DNA from: an uncultured Candidatus Binatia bacterium
Lineage (GTDB): Bacteria > Desulfobacterota > Binatia > UBA9968 > JAJDTQ01
Assembly (NCBI GenBank): GCA_965215605.1
Contig: OZ244070.1
Location: forward strand, 928,001 to 992,000
Reading direction: 5' to 3'
Length of the DNA stretch: 64,000 bases
This document shows, in pieces, positions 48,803 through 57,317 of the stretch (the stretch's first letter is position 1; each line of letters starts with the position of its first letter). The notes under the pieces are model-generated. The model searched no databases and was not told the DNA's origin. It saw only the letters and a list, made by a program, of their open reading frames with translations. A program made the translations under genes and the position numbers.

Positions 48803-50944
48803 TTGAACGATCCCGCCAACCTCAAACCCCGGATCCTCTCGCTCATGCTCTCCAGGCCGGGGCACCGTTTCAGCCTGAAAGAGATACGGAAGGGCTTCGG
48901 CAAACCGGCAAGGGAACCGGTGGTGGAAGCGCTCAAGGAACTGATCCACGAGCGCAGGGTGATCCGCCTGCACAAGAATCACTACGCCCTTGCCAAGGCC
49001 GCCAGCGTCGTGTCCGGCGTGGTCCAGGGACATGCTGATGGTTTTGGCTTCCTGGTCCCCGATCAGAAGGGGATGGACGACATCTATCTCAGCCGCAGGG
49101 AGATGCGGCGGGTGATGCACGGCGACCGCGCGCTGGTACGTCCGGAGGAGAAGCGGGACGGGGACAGCCAAGGGCACGTCGTGGAAGTGTTGGAACGGGG
49201 ACAGCGCCGTCTCGTGGGCGTGGTCCAGACCGACGGAGAGCGCACCCTGCTGGTGCCCATGGACCCGCGCGTCGCGCCGGCGATTCCGCTGACGGGCGCC
49301 GGGGCGGTGCGTCCCGGCCAGGTGGCAGCGGTGGAGATGACCCGCTACGGCGGTGGCTACACGCCTCCCGAAGCCCGGCTCCAGCGCCTGCTGGGCTCCC
49401 CCGACGACCCCGACGCGCAGGCGCAGGCTGTGATCTTCCGCTACGAATGGCCCGAGGACTTCTCGGAGGAGGCCCGGCAAGAGGCGCAGCGCCACGGCAC
49501 GGACGTGGACCCCGCCGGCCTTGCCGGACGCCGGGACCTGCGGCCGCTCACCACCCTCACCATCGACGGCGAGACCGCCCGTGACTTCGACGATGCCGTC
49601 AGCATCGAAAAGACGGCGAACGGCTACCGGCTGTACGTCTCCATCGCCGACGTGGCCCACTACGTGCCCCGAGGCTCCCAAGTGGACGGCGAGGCCTATG
49701 CCCGCGGCACCAGTGTCTACTTCCCGGACCGTGCCCTGCCCATGCTGCCCCCGGCGCTGTCCACGGGCATCTGCAGCCTCCGGCCGGGCGTGGACCGGCT
49801 CACCCGCACGGCGCTCCTGGAGATCGACCGCCGGGGCGAAGTCGAACGGGTGGAGATCTTCCGGTCGGTGATCCGGAGCGCCGCCCGGCTCACCTACACC
49901 GAGGTGGGCCGCATGCTGGTGGACCGGGACGCCGCCGTCATCGGGAAGTACCCGGAGCTGATCGACTCCCTCCGCGCCATGGAGGAACTGACGCGCCTCC
50001 TCATGGACCGGCGGCGCGCCCGAGGCAGCCTCGACTTCGAGTTGCCGGAGACGGAGATCGTGCTGGGCGAGGACAACATGCCCATCGACATCCGGCGCGC
50101 CCGACGCACCATCGCGCACCGCATGATCGAGGAGTTCATGATCGCGGCCAACGAAGCGGTGGCCGGCCACCTGCGAAAACGCAAGTTCCCGTGCGTGTAC
50201 CGCGTGCACGAAGGACCCGACGAGGACACCCTGGACGCCATCGGCCCGTTCCTCTCGACCCTGGGGTACCCGCTCCACCGGAGCGGGGAGAAGATATCGT
50301 CCCGGGAGCTCCAGCGCACCCTGGAAGCTTGCCGCGGCAAGCCCGAGGAACGGGTGCTGAACCGCATGCTGCTGCGCTCCATGAAGCAAGCCTGTTACGA
50401 CCGGGAGAACATCGGACACTTCGGCCTGGCGTCCGACGCATACCTGCACTTCACCTCCCCCATCCGCCGCTACCCCGACCTCATGGTCCACCGGCTCCTG
50501 GACCGCGCCACGGCCGGCCCGAAGCTCGATTCCGGCACCCGGGAAGACCTCGACGCCTACCTGCGCGAGGCCGCCGACCACGGCTCCCGACGCGAGCGCC
50601 TGGCCATGGACGCCGAGCGCGAGATGGTGGACCTCAAGAAGGCCCAGTTCATGACCGACAAGATCGGGCAGGAACACACCGGCGTCATCACCAACCTCAC
50701 CAACTTCGGCTTCTTCGTCGAGCTGGACCGCTGGTTCGTGGAAGGACTGGTGAACCTCAAATCCCTGGAGGACGACTTCTACCGCTATTACGAGACCGCC
50801 CACCTCATCAAGGGTCAGAACCACGGCCGGAGCTTCCGCATGGGCGACCCGGTCACCGTGAAGGTGGTGCGGGTGAAGCTCTTCCAAGGGGAGATCGACT
50901 TCGAGCTGGCGCGGCCGCCCGCTTCGCGCGCATCTGTCGGTTGA
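48803..50944 (+). CDS. rnr: Ribonuclease R
   Basis: GFGF, HGD, TIDGETARDFDDA, IEEFM, HFGLA, HFTSPIRRYPDL, C-terminal S1. Confidence 0.95.
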   Translation: MNDPANLKPRILSLMLSRPGHRFSLKEIRKGFGKPAREPVVEALKELIHERRVIRLHKNHYALAKAASVVSGVVQGHADGFGFLVPDQKGMDDIYLSRREMRRVMHGDRALVRPEEKRDGDSQGHVVEVLERGQRRLVGVVQTDGERTLLVPMDPRVAPAIPLTGAGAVRPGQVAAVEMTRYGGGYTPPEARLQRLLGSPDDPDAQAQAVIFRYEWPEDFSEEARQEAQRHGTDVDPAGLAGRRDLRPLTTLTIDGETARDFDDAVSIEKTANGYRLYVSIADVAHYVPRGSQVDGEAYARGTSVYFPDRALPMLPPALSTGICSLRPGVDRLTRTALLEIDRRGEVERVEIFRSVIRSAARLTYTEVGRMLVDRDAAVIGKYPELIDSLRAMEELTRLLMDRRRARGSLDFELPETEIVLGEDNMPIDIRRARRTIAHRMIEEFMIAANEAVAGHLRKRKFPCVYRVHEGPDEDTLDAIGPFLSTLGYPLHRSGEKISSRELQRTLEACRGKPEERVLNRMLLRSMKQACYDRENIGHFGLASDAYLHFTSPIRRYPDLMVHRLLDRATAGPKLDSGTREDLDAYLREAADHGSRRERLAMDAEREMVDLKKAQFMTDKIGQEHTGVITNLTNFGFFVELDRWFVEGLVNLKSLEDDFYRYYETAHLIKGQNHGRSFRMGDPVTVKVVRVKLFQGEIDFELARPPASRASVG

Positions 50945-51054
50945 TCGCCGCCGTCGGTCTTGAACGCATGGACGCGCCCCACGTCAGGCACCTCACCGGC
51001 CCGCTCTGGGAAATGCGCATGAGCGGCCAAGCGGGCACATCGCGGGCGCTCTAC
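50917..51054 (+). pseudogene. Internal fragment of RelE/ParE-superfamily (Gp49-like) toxin
   Basis: ARFARICRLIAAVGLERMDAPHVRHLTGPLWEMRMSGQAGTSRALY. Confidence 0.7.
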
Positions 51055-51068
51055 GACTGGAGGACAGT

Positions 51069-51815
51069 TTGGGTTCAACGATCGGCGGTTTGACGTTGGA
51101 CGAAATCAACGCGCGAATGGGTGATGGGGAGCTAGATGGCGTTCCGGGGACATTCTCGTGCGATAGAGCCGGGGGCGGGAGCTGTCCTGCCTTCTTTGGC
51201 ACGAATTTCGACCCGACCGGTACGGACTGGATTTTCACTCCGCATGGGGCGACACGTACTGAGTCAACACCCGATGCCGACTATCTGGCTGGCGGTGTCT
51301 GGCTGTTCATGCCCGACAATGCCACGAACGCCGACGATGTCGTGTTCGGCGCCTTCGGTGATGGCAGCGATCCATTCGACCAGCGCAGTGTCATGGCACT
51401 TCGAGACACCGCAAGCTACAATGGTTTGGTGACCGGGGTATATTCGGCCAAATCGGGCGGCGATACGGAAATTGGCTACGTGGATGGCCGGGTCTCTCTC
51501 ACGGTCGATTTCGGCGGAGGAAGCGAGCTCGGAACAATCGGCGGATCGGTCACCGGTATCGAAATGGACGGCGACCGGATTGCTGGCTCGCTGACCTTGG
51601 GAACTGCCGACATCGGCGGTTCCGACAGCGGCTTCTTCGAGGGCAATCTGAGCGGCACTGTGGGAGGGACTGGCTACACGGGAAGATGGGGCGGTCAGTT
51701 CTTCGGCAACGGCGAGGCGGATGGGAAGCCAGGGTCGGTCGGCGGCACGTTGGGCGGGGCATCCGGAGACCGCTCTGCAAGCTTCGTGGGAGTCTTCGGC
51801 GCCTCAAATGATTGA
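51069..51815 (+). pseudogene. 5'-truncated TbpB-like beta-barrel surface protein
   Basis: DADYLAGGVWL, TASYNG..TG.Y, LTVDFG, IGGSVT, GRWGGQFFG, GSVGGT, FVGVFGA C-terminus; no signal peptide. Confidence 0.6.
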
Positions 51816-51842
51816 GAAGCCGGTTCGAGGTTGCAAACCGAA

Positions 51843-51880
51843 AGCAGGGCAGCGCCGGCGCTGCCCTGCTCGCTTTCTTT
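51843..51880 (+). terminator. Intrinsic terminator; 28-bp perfect palindrome with T-rich tail
   Basis: AGCAGGGCAGCGCCGGCGCTGCCCTGCT followed by CGCTTTCTTT. Confidence 0.7.
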
Positions 51881-51890
51881 CGATACGTCC

Positions 51891-52162
51891 ATGCAGTTCG
51901 TCCGCGCTATCGCTTTCGTGATCGTGTTCGCCGCCACGCCCCGCGCCGCTTCGGAAGAGAGGACGTATATTTCATCCGATCCGGGGGGAAGCGTGCAAGA
52001 GCCCTGATTGGCAGCGGCCGGTTTCGGTTCGCGTTGCACCCTGTGCCCCCGGTTCATCCGGATCGCACGGATGTCCTGTTTCTCGTGGGACTGGCGGCGC
52101 TCGGTGCGGGGCAGCCCTCGCAGTCGGGAGACCGCGTTCTTCCCAAAGAACGCAACGGGTAG
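51891..52162 (+). pseudogene. Frameshifted N-terminal remnant of a Slam/DUF560-like TPR outer-membrane protein
   Basis: Signal-like MQFVRAIAFVIVFAA, frameshift near G6 run (51983-51988), then RARALIGSGRF...HPDRTDVLFLVGLAALGA*. Confidence 0.5.
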
Positions 52163-52181
52163 CGTTACAACGAGAAATGAT

Positions 52182-53219
52182 ATGCTCTGGAACGTTCTTC
52201 CGCGACCGGTCGCTCATCTTGCCGGCGTGTGCATACCGCTGGCGCTTGGGCTGACCGGGTGTTTGTCGGACGATTCCTACCTCGTGCGGAGAGGATCGCG
52301 CGTGAACATCGCCACGACCACCCCGCCGGGGAGTCCATCAGATCGGTCCGTCTTGAAGCAGTTGCCGACCACAACTCGATCCGTGGTGAAGGTGGATACG
52401 TCAACGACGAGAGACACCGGCATTCAAGGCAAAGGGTATTTTGTCTCCATCGGGAGAGTCGCACTGGACAACCATGCAGGAGGCGATCTCTTTTCCGAGC
52501 CCGACGTCTATGTGCAGGTTCAACGCCGGGATAAACTCGTTCTTGAAGCCGTACGGCGCGAGGAAGACAGGCTTTCCGTTTTGAACGCTCGAAAGAAGGC
52601 TTTGGAGAAGGAGATGGAGTCGCTTCAAGCCAGGAAGAGAAAGAGCGAAGTCGTGCCGGGTGAGCCCCTTTCTCAAACTCGACTTCGGCGATTGGCTGAA
52701 CTGACCCGCACCACGGAAGGCGCGTGCGAGGGACTATTGGCAGATAACGAATGCCGGAAGTGCGAGCGATACGACGAAAGGCAGGTCTGCCGCGAGTGTG
52801 AGGCATGCAAGGAGCGGCGATTTCTTCTGAAGAAGAAGGCGGAAAGCGAAGTTGTTCCCGGAGCTGCTCTTGATCCAAAGGAATGGGAGCGCCTGCGAGA
52901 GTTGGAGGCATTGGTCGAGCGGCTTGCGAAGGACATAGGCGACACGCGCTCAACGGCACGCCGGCTTCGCAAGACAATTACGGCAAAGACCCATACCGTG
53001 ACAACCCCCGGCCTTCGCCTGGATTACGGATTCCGGTCCATTTTGGAAGTCTTTCCGGGCGATGAGCTTTGGGTGTCGGTCTACGATGAGGATGTCGGTG
53101 AAGACGATCTTTACGGGTCTACAGTGTTTCGAGTTCCGAAGGGCCCAATGACACAAAGGGAAGTGGAATTGTCGATGCCAAACGTTCGGTCGGTGATTCT
53201 GAGACTGAGGTTGCGTTGA
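52182..53219 (+). CDS. Lipoprotein with split C2-like domain and coiled-coil/Cys-rich insertion
   Basis: Lipobox LTGC; DLFSEPDVYVQV and LWVSVYDEDVGEDDLYG; heptad-rich arms around C-x8-CxxC-x8-CxxCxxC. Confidence 0.65.
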   Translation: MLWNVLPRPVAHLAGVCIPLALGLTGCLSDDSYLVRRGSRVNIATTTPPGSPSDRSVLKQLPTTTRSVVKVDTSTTRDTGIQGKGYFVSIGRVALDNHAGGDLFSEPDVYVQVQRRDKLVLEAVRREEDRLSVLNARKKALEKEMESLQARKRKSEVVPGEPLSQTRLRRLAELTRTTEGACEGLLADNECRKCERYDERQVCRECEACKERRFLLKKKAESEVVPGAALDPKEWERLRELEALVERLAKDIGDTRSTARRLRKTITAKTHTVTTPGLRLDYGFRSILEVFPGDELWVSVYDEDVGEDDLYGSTVFRVPKGPMTQREVELSMPNVRSVILRLRLR

Positions 53220-53770
53220 ATGACGCGCGGACCTTCCAGGCAGTCGTGAGGGTCTCCAGTATTCCCTGCCTTCGCCATCTCTGCTCGGCATTTGTTGCAC
53301 TAGTCGCGATACTATTCTGTGCCGAGGCCTCTGCCAACCCACGCGCATGTCCGAAGTGGAACACCCTGGAGTTTTTTCGCGAGGCAACGGCTGGCGACGT
53401 TCAAAGGTGTCTGAATGAGGGCGCAGACGCAAATGCGAGGGGCCGTTATGGAGAAACACCGCTGCACAGGGCAGGAATGGTTGGCGAAGCAGCCGTTGTC
53501 CATGCGCTCGTCAGCGCAGGCGCAGACGTAACCGCACGGAACAGTGGCGGAGAGACACCGCTGCACAAGGCGGGAAGTGCGGCGGCAGTCATGATCCTCG
53601 TCAACGCAGGCGCTGATCCGAACGCAGCCGACTACGGTGGATGGGCGCCGCTGGATGTGGCGAAGGACGCGGAGGTGATCCAGGAACTCACCGATTCTGG
53701 CGCCAAATTCAGCCCGACGCTAATCGGCGAGTGTCTCTCCTCCCAGGAAACGGGGAAGCAATGCGAGTAG
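53216..53770 (+). CDS. Secreted ankyrin-repeat protein
   Basis: Signal peptide (AEASA), WNT.EFF..AT..DV.RCL..GAD cap, GETPLH repeats. Confidence 0.88.
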   Translation: MNDARTFQAVVRVSSIPCLRHLCSAFVALVAILFCAEASANPRACPKWNTLEFFREATAGDVQRCLNEGADANARGRYGETPLHRAGMVGEAAVVHALVSAGADVTARNSGGETPLHKAGSAAAVMILVNAGADPNAADYGGWAPLDVAKDAEVIQELTDSGAKFSPTLIGECLSSQETGKQCE

Positions 53771-53882
53771 CCGGGATGGCGAGTACGAACTGGGCCCATA
53801 GGCGACGGCCACGAGCGTGCCGGGAGTCACAGGCCCTTGTGGACGTGCGGCCAACCGTCGAAACCGCCTTCCCCGCACGTCA

Positions 53883-54110
53883 TCACGTCTCACCTTGCCG
53901 CCGGACAAGCCCGGGCACGGGTAGATCAGCTCGCAACAGGGCATCGATGCGGTCGGCCATGCGTTGAGCGGGCTCCCGGAGTTGCTCGACGGTCCAGTCG
54001 GCTGCATAGCCCTCGGTGATGTCGTCGTCGCGGGCGTGGTTCACCAGCCGCTTGGTCAGGGGACGGGGCGGCATGAGAGCGCGCTCGGCCACGGTGATGA
54101 AGGCGTTGCG
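53883..54110 (-). pseudogene. C-terminal fragment of a tyrosine recombinase/integrase
   Basis: RNAFITVAE...TKRLVNHAR..DITEGYA..W..EQLREPAQR: second Arg, box II His and catalytic Tyr region only. Confidence 0.65.
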
Positions 54111-54239
54111 GGCGCGGACTGGACAGTCGCGCACGAAGCATGGTCGCCGCCGGTGACAGGACTGCCGCGCGCCGTGTCGCGCAAGCGTGAACGTTCAACC
54201 CCATATTCAACACCACGGAAGAATCATGTTCGCCGCGTC

Positions 54240-55112
54240 TCAACGCGCAACGGACACCAGGACGATCCCCGTCACCACCAGCATCGTCCCGAGCACGGTG
54301 CCGCGGGTTACCCGTTCCATGTCCCGGAGAAAAATGACGGCGCCCAGGAGAATCCACATGGGCAGGGTGGCGGTGATGGGGGCGATGACGACGACCTCGC
54401 CGGCGTTGAGGGCGTAGAGGATGCCGCCGGCGGAGACGCCTTCGAAGAGCCCCGCCGCGACAAAGGGCCAGAACGCCCGCCGGTCCCAGACGTAGCGTTG
54501 CGCCAGGCCCGGCACCGCCTGGGTGATTCCCAGCAAGGCGAGGCCCACCGTGCCGGTGACGGCGGTGAAGAAGACCGGCTCCGGGGTCAGGATCAGCGCT
54601 GCCCGCCGCAGCGGGAAGGCGATGCCCGCCATGACCGCGGCGGCCAGCGGCACCAGGACATACCAGCCGGGGCTGTCCGCCTTGTCTTCGGCCGCCCTGG
54701 CGCTCTCCCGGGAAATGGCCGCGATACCGCCGACCACCGTCACGTTGCCGAGGAACACGGGCAGCGTCAGTTCTTCCCCCAACAGTGAAATCGCGATGAG
54801 GCCTGCCCAGAATGGGTGGGTGGCCCGGAGCGAGCCGCTCCGGGCGGCGCCGATGGTCTGCATGCCCCTATAGGTCAACTGGCGCACGAAGGGCTGCAGG
54901 CTGCCGGCGGCGACCATCAGCGCCACCGCGTACCAGTTGAAGTCGGGAATCCCGCCCCGAATCGCCACCGCCGCGCTGAAGATCCCGGCCTGGAACACCA
55001 TGGAGAACGTCGTCACGGTGGCCGGGGTGGAGTAGCGCAGGCCCCGGCGCGCGACGATGAAGCTCACGGCATACATGGCGGCGGAAACGACGGCGACGAG
55101 TTCGGGGAGCAT
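54240..55112 (-). CDS. DMT/EamA family transporter
   Basis: Two EamA repeats, IGAARS, LLGEEL, VIAPI, FLRDMERVT. Confidence 0.88.
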   Translation of the reverse strand: MLPELVAVVSAAMYAVSFIVARRGLRYSTPATVTTFSMVFQAGIFSAAVAIRGGIPDFNWYAVALMVAAGSLQPFVRQLTYRGMQTIGAARSGSLRATHPFWAGLIAISLLGEELTLPVFLGNVTVVGGIAAISRESARAAEDKADSPGWYVLVPLAAAVMAGIAFPLRRAALILTPEPVFFTAVTGTVGLALLGITQAVPGLAQRYVWDRRAFWPFVAAGLFEGVSAGGILYALNAGEVVVIAPITATLPMWILLGAVIFLRDMERVTRGTVLGTMLVVTGIVLVSVAR

Positions 55113-55136
55113 GACGACGTGCTGACTTCAGCGGAT

Positions 55137-56060
55137 TCAGCGGGCCGCGATGATCGTGACGGTGCCGGCCACCACCGCGACGGTGCCGGTGACCGACCTG
55201 ACGTTGGGTCGTTCCACGCCGCGCAGGAACAGCAGGGCCAGCACCTGGGTCCAGAGCGGCGAGGTGGCCACCAACGGAGCCACCGCCACCACCTGGCCCA
55301 TGCTGACGGCGATGAGCGAGAACAGCGAGGCCACCGTCTCGAAGGCGCCGGCGACCACGAAGGGCCACAGCGCGCGCCGGTCCCAGGCGATACGCTCCCG
55401 CGTACCGCCGGCGGACATCGAAACCGCCAGGCACACCGCCGCCACCGTGGCCAGGACAGCGGCAAAGAACAGGGGCTCGTTGGAGATGTCGAGCCCGTAG
55501 CGCCGCACCGGGAACGCGATGCCCGCCAGGAACGCAGCGGCGAGCGGGAACAGCACATACCACCGGCGGTTACGGGGGTGCGGGTCGTGGAGGACCTCGC
55601 CCCGGACCGCCGCGGTCCGGCCGCGGTTCACGGCAACGCGGTCGGAACTCCAGGAAATGAGAATCGTGCCCGCTACCACCAGCACCGTCCCCGCCATGAC
55701 GCCGGGGCCCAGGCTCTCGCCGAGCAGGGTCACCGACAGAACCGCGCTCCAGAGCGGATAGGTGGTGCGTAGCGGCTGGCTGCGGGAGGCGCCGATCCTG
55801 GCCACGCCGGTGAAGGTCAGGTAACTCGTGGCGGTCTGCATGACGCCCAACAGCACGAACACCAGCAGGGCCAGCCTGGCCACCGAGGGAACGCCGCCGG
55901 TGGCCAGGACCGCGCACCACAAGAGCGTCATCCGCACGGCCATGGCGACGCAGGTGGCGGTGAGCGGCGTGGAGTATTGCAGCCCGAGCCGGGAGGAGAC
56001 CGAAACCGACGCGTAGGCGAAGGCCGCCATCAAGGCTATGGCTTCGGCGGGCAACGGCAT
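55137..56060 (-). CDS. DMT/EamA family transporter (tandem paralog)
   Basis: IGASRS, LLGESL, VAPLVATSP, FLRGVER. Confidence 0.88.
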   Translation of the reverse strand: MPLPAEAIALMAAFAYASVSVSSRLGLQYSTPLTATCVAMAVRMTLLWCAVLATGGVPSVARLALLVFVLLGVMQTATSYLTFTGVARIGASRSQPLRTTYPLWSAVLSVTLLGESLGPGVMAGTVLVVAGTILISWSSDRVAVNRGRTAAVRGEVLHDPHPRNRRWYVLFPLAAAFLAGIAFPVRRYGLDISNEPLFFAAVLATVAAVCLAVSMSAGGTRERIAWDRRALWPFVVAGAFETVASLFSLIAVSMGQVVAVAPLVATSPLWTQVLALLFLRGVERPNVRSVTGTVAVVAGTVTIIAAR

Positions 56061-56174
56061 TGAAATCCAGACAGGCGCGTCAGCACCCGTGACTGCCGGT
56101 GGGACAGTCTCCGGCAAGGGCGGCGGTCCGGTGGCCCCGACGGGGTCCGGCCCATGCGGCGTGGCGACGGTTCT

Positions 56175-57113
56175 TCATGCCGTGTCGGGCGCTCGGGAAC
56201 CGGCGCCCGGCGCCTCGGGGCTTGCCGCTCCCGGCGCGAGCCAGCTCGACACCAACCCGGACACGCCGACGCCCGCGTTGGGCGCGGTCAGGCGCAGAAG
56301 TTTCTCCACTTGCGGCAGGTCGACGGTCAGCCGCGGATCCAACAACACGAGGTACTCGTCGTAGAGCACGGCCGCGAGATCGGGCGCATAGCCGAACACC
56401 CGGCCGAGCATCGTCAGGGTCTCGCTCCGATGCCCCTGCAGGTAGCGGATCGCCTCCCGGTGCGCGGCCAGGAACGCCGCGATAGCGCCGCCTCTCTCGC
56501 TCAGCCGCGCCGCCATCGTTTCGACGGTTATGGGCATGGGATCGTCCCCCACTACCGGCCAGCCGGCGAGCGGCAGGAAGCCTCGTTCCCGCGCGACGAA
56601 GTCGAAGGGCCGCGGCAACAGCGCCGCACCCGCGGACCCCTCGGTGAGCCGGTCCAGCGCGTGCTGATCGGTGTCCACCGTGTCCAGACCGAGGTCGGCC
56701 CCCAATTCCAGCCTGCCGAGGCTTCGAAACGTCTCCGCCAGCGGCGCCGTCTCGGCGACGACGCGGCGGCATGCCAGCGCCTTGCCCTTGAGGTGCGCGA
56801 GCTCGCGTGTCCCGGCCGGGGCCATCAGCACGTACGGGCTGCTGTTCATGCACGAGCCCACGAGCCGCGTGGCGCCGGTGCGCAGGAAATGCTGGAGCGA
56901 CGCCCGCCCGATGACGAGGGACAGGTCGGCGTCGCCGGCCGCCAGCGCCTGATTGCGCTCGTCCGTGCCCTGCACGTGGTCCCAGGACAACTCCAGCCCG
57001 TGCCGCCGGTAGATGCCCTGCTCAATTCCCAGATACCCGGTGGGATCGCGCGCCACGCTCTCGCTCCCCCCGCCGAGGACCCCGTATAGCACCCTAAGCC
57101 GTGTGACTTGCAT
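56175..57113 (-). CDS. NMT1/THI5-like ABC substrate-binding-fold protein
   Basis: GIYRRHGLE, ALAAGDAD, LKGK.L, AFLAAHREAI.YL; no evident signal peptide. Confidence 0.7.
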   Translation of the reverse strand: MQVTRLRVLYGVLGGGSESVARDPTGYLGIEQGIYRRHGLELSWDHVQGTDERNQALAAGDADLSLVIGRASLQHFLRTGATRLVGSCMNSSPYVLMAPAGTRELAHLKGKALACRRVVAETAPLAETFRSLGRLELGADLGLDTVDTDQHALDRLTEGSAGAALLPRPFDFVARERGFLPLAGWPVVGDDPMPITVETMAARLSERGGAIAAFLAAHREAIRYLQGHRSETLTMLGRVFGYAPDLAAVLYDEYLVLLDPRLTVDLPQVEKLLRLTAPNAGVGVSGLVSSWLAPGAASPEAPGAGSRAPDTA

Positions 57114-57317
57114 TCCGTTACCCCGCCGTGCCCCTTCCTGCCCCCGCATGCCGGCCCCGCCCGGCAAAGCTTGACACCACCATAGCGAAGGTGTACCGCC
57201 TTGCATAGACGGACGGTTTCACGCCGTCCGCGTCGCTTTCACACACGGGTCCCCGCCCCCGGCAACGACCGTCCGCCCGGCGCGCGAGCGGGACCGATTT
57301 TTGAAGGAGGCACAGCC

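Noticed and set aside
6635-50887. Very long antisense or alternative-frame ORFs (e.g. 6635-9013, 17171-19510, 37486-39603, 48341-50887)
   Set aside because: Expected in high-GC DNA opposite real genes; Arg/Gly/Pro/His-rich with no motifs
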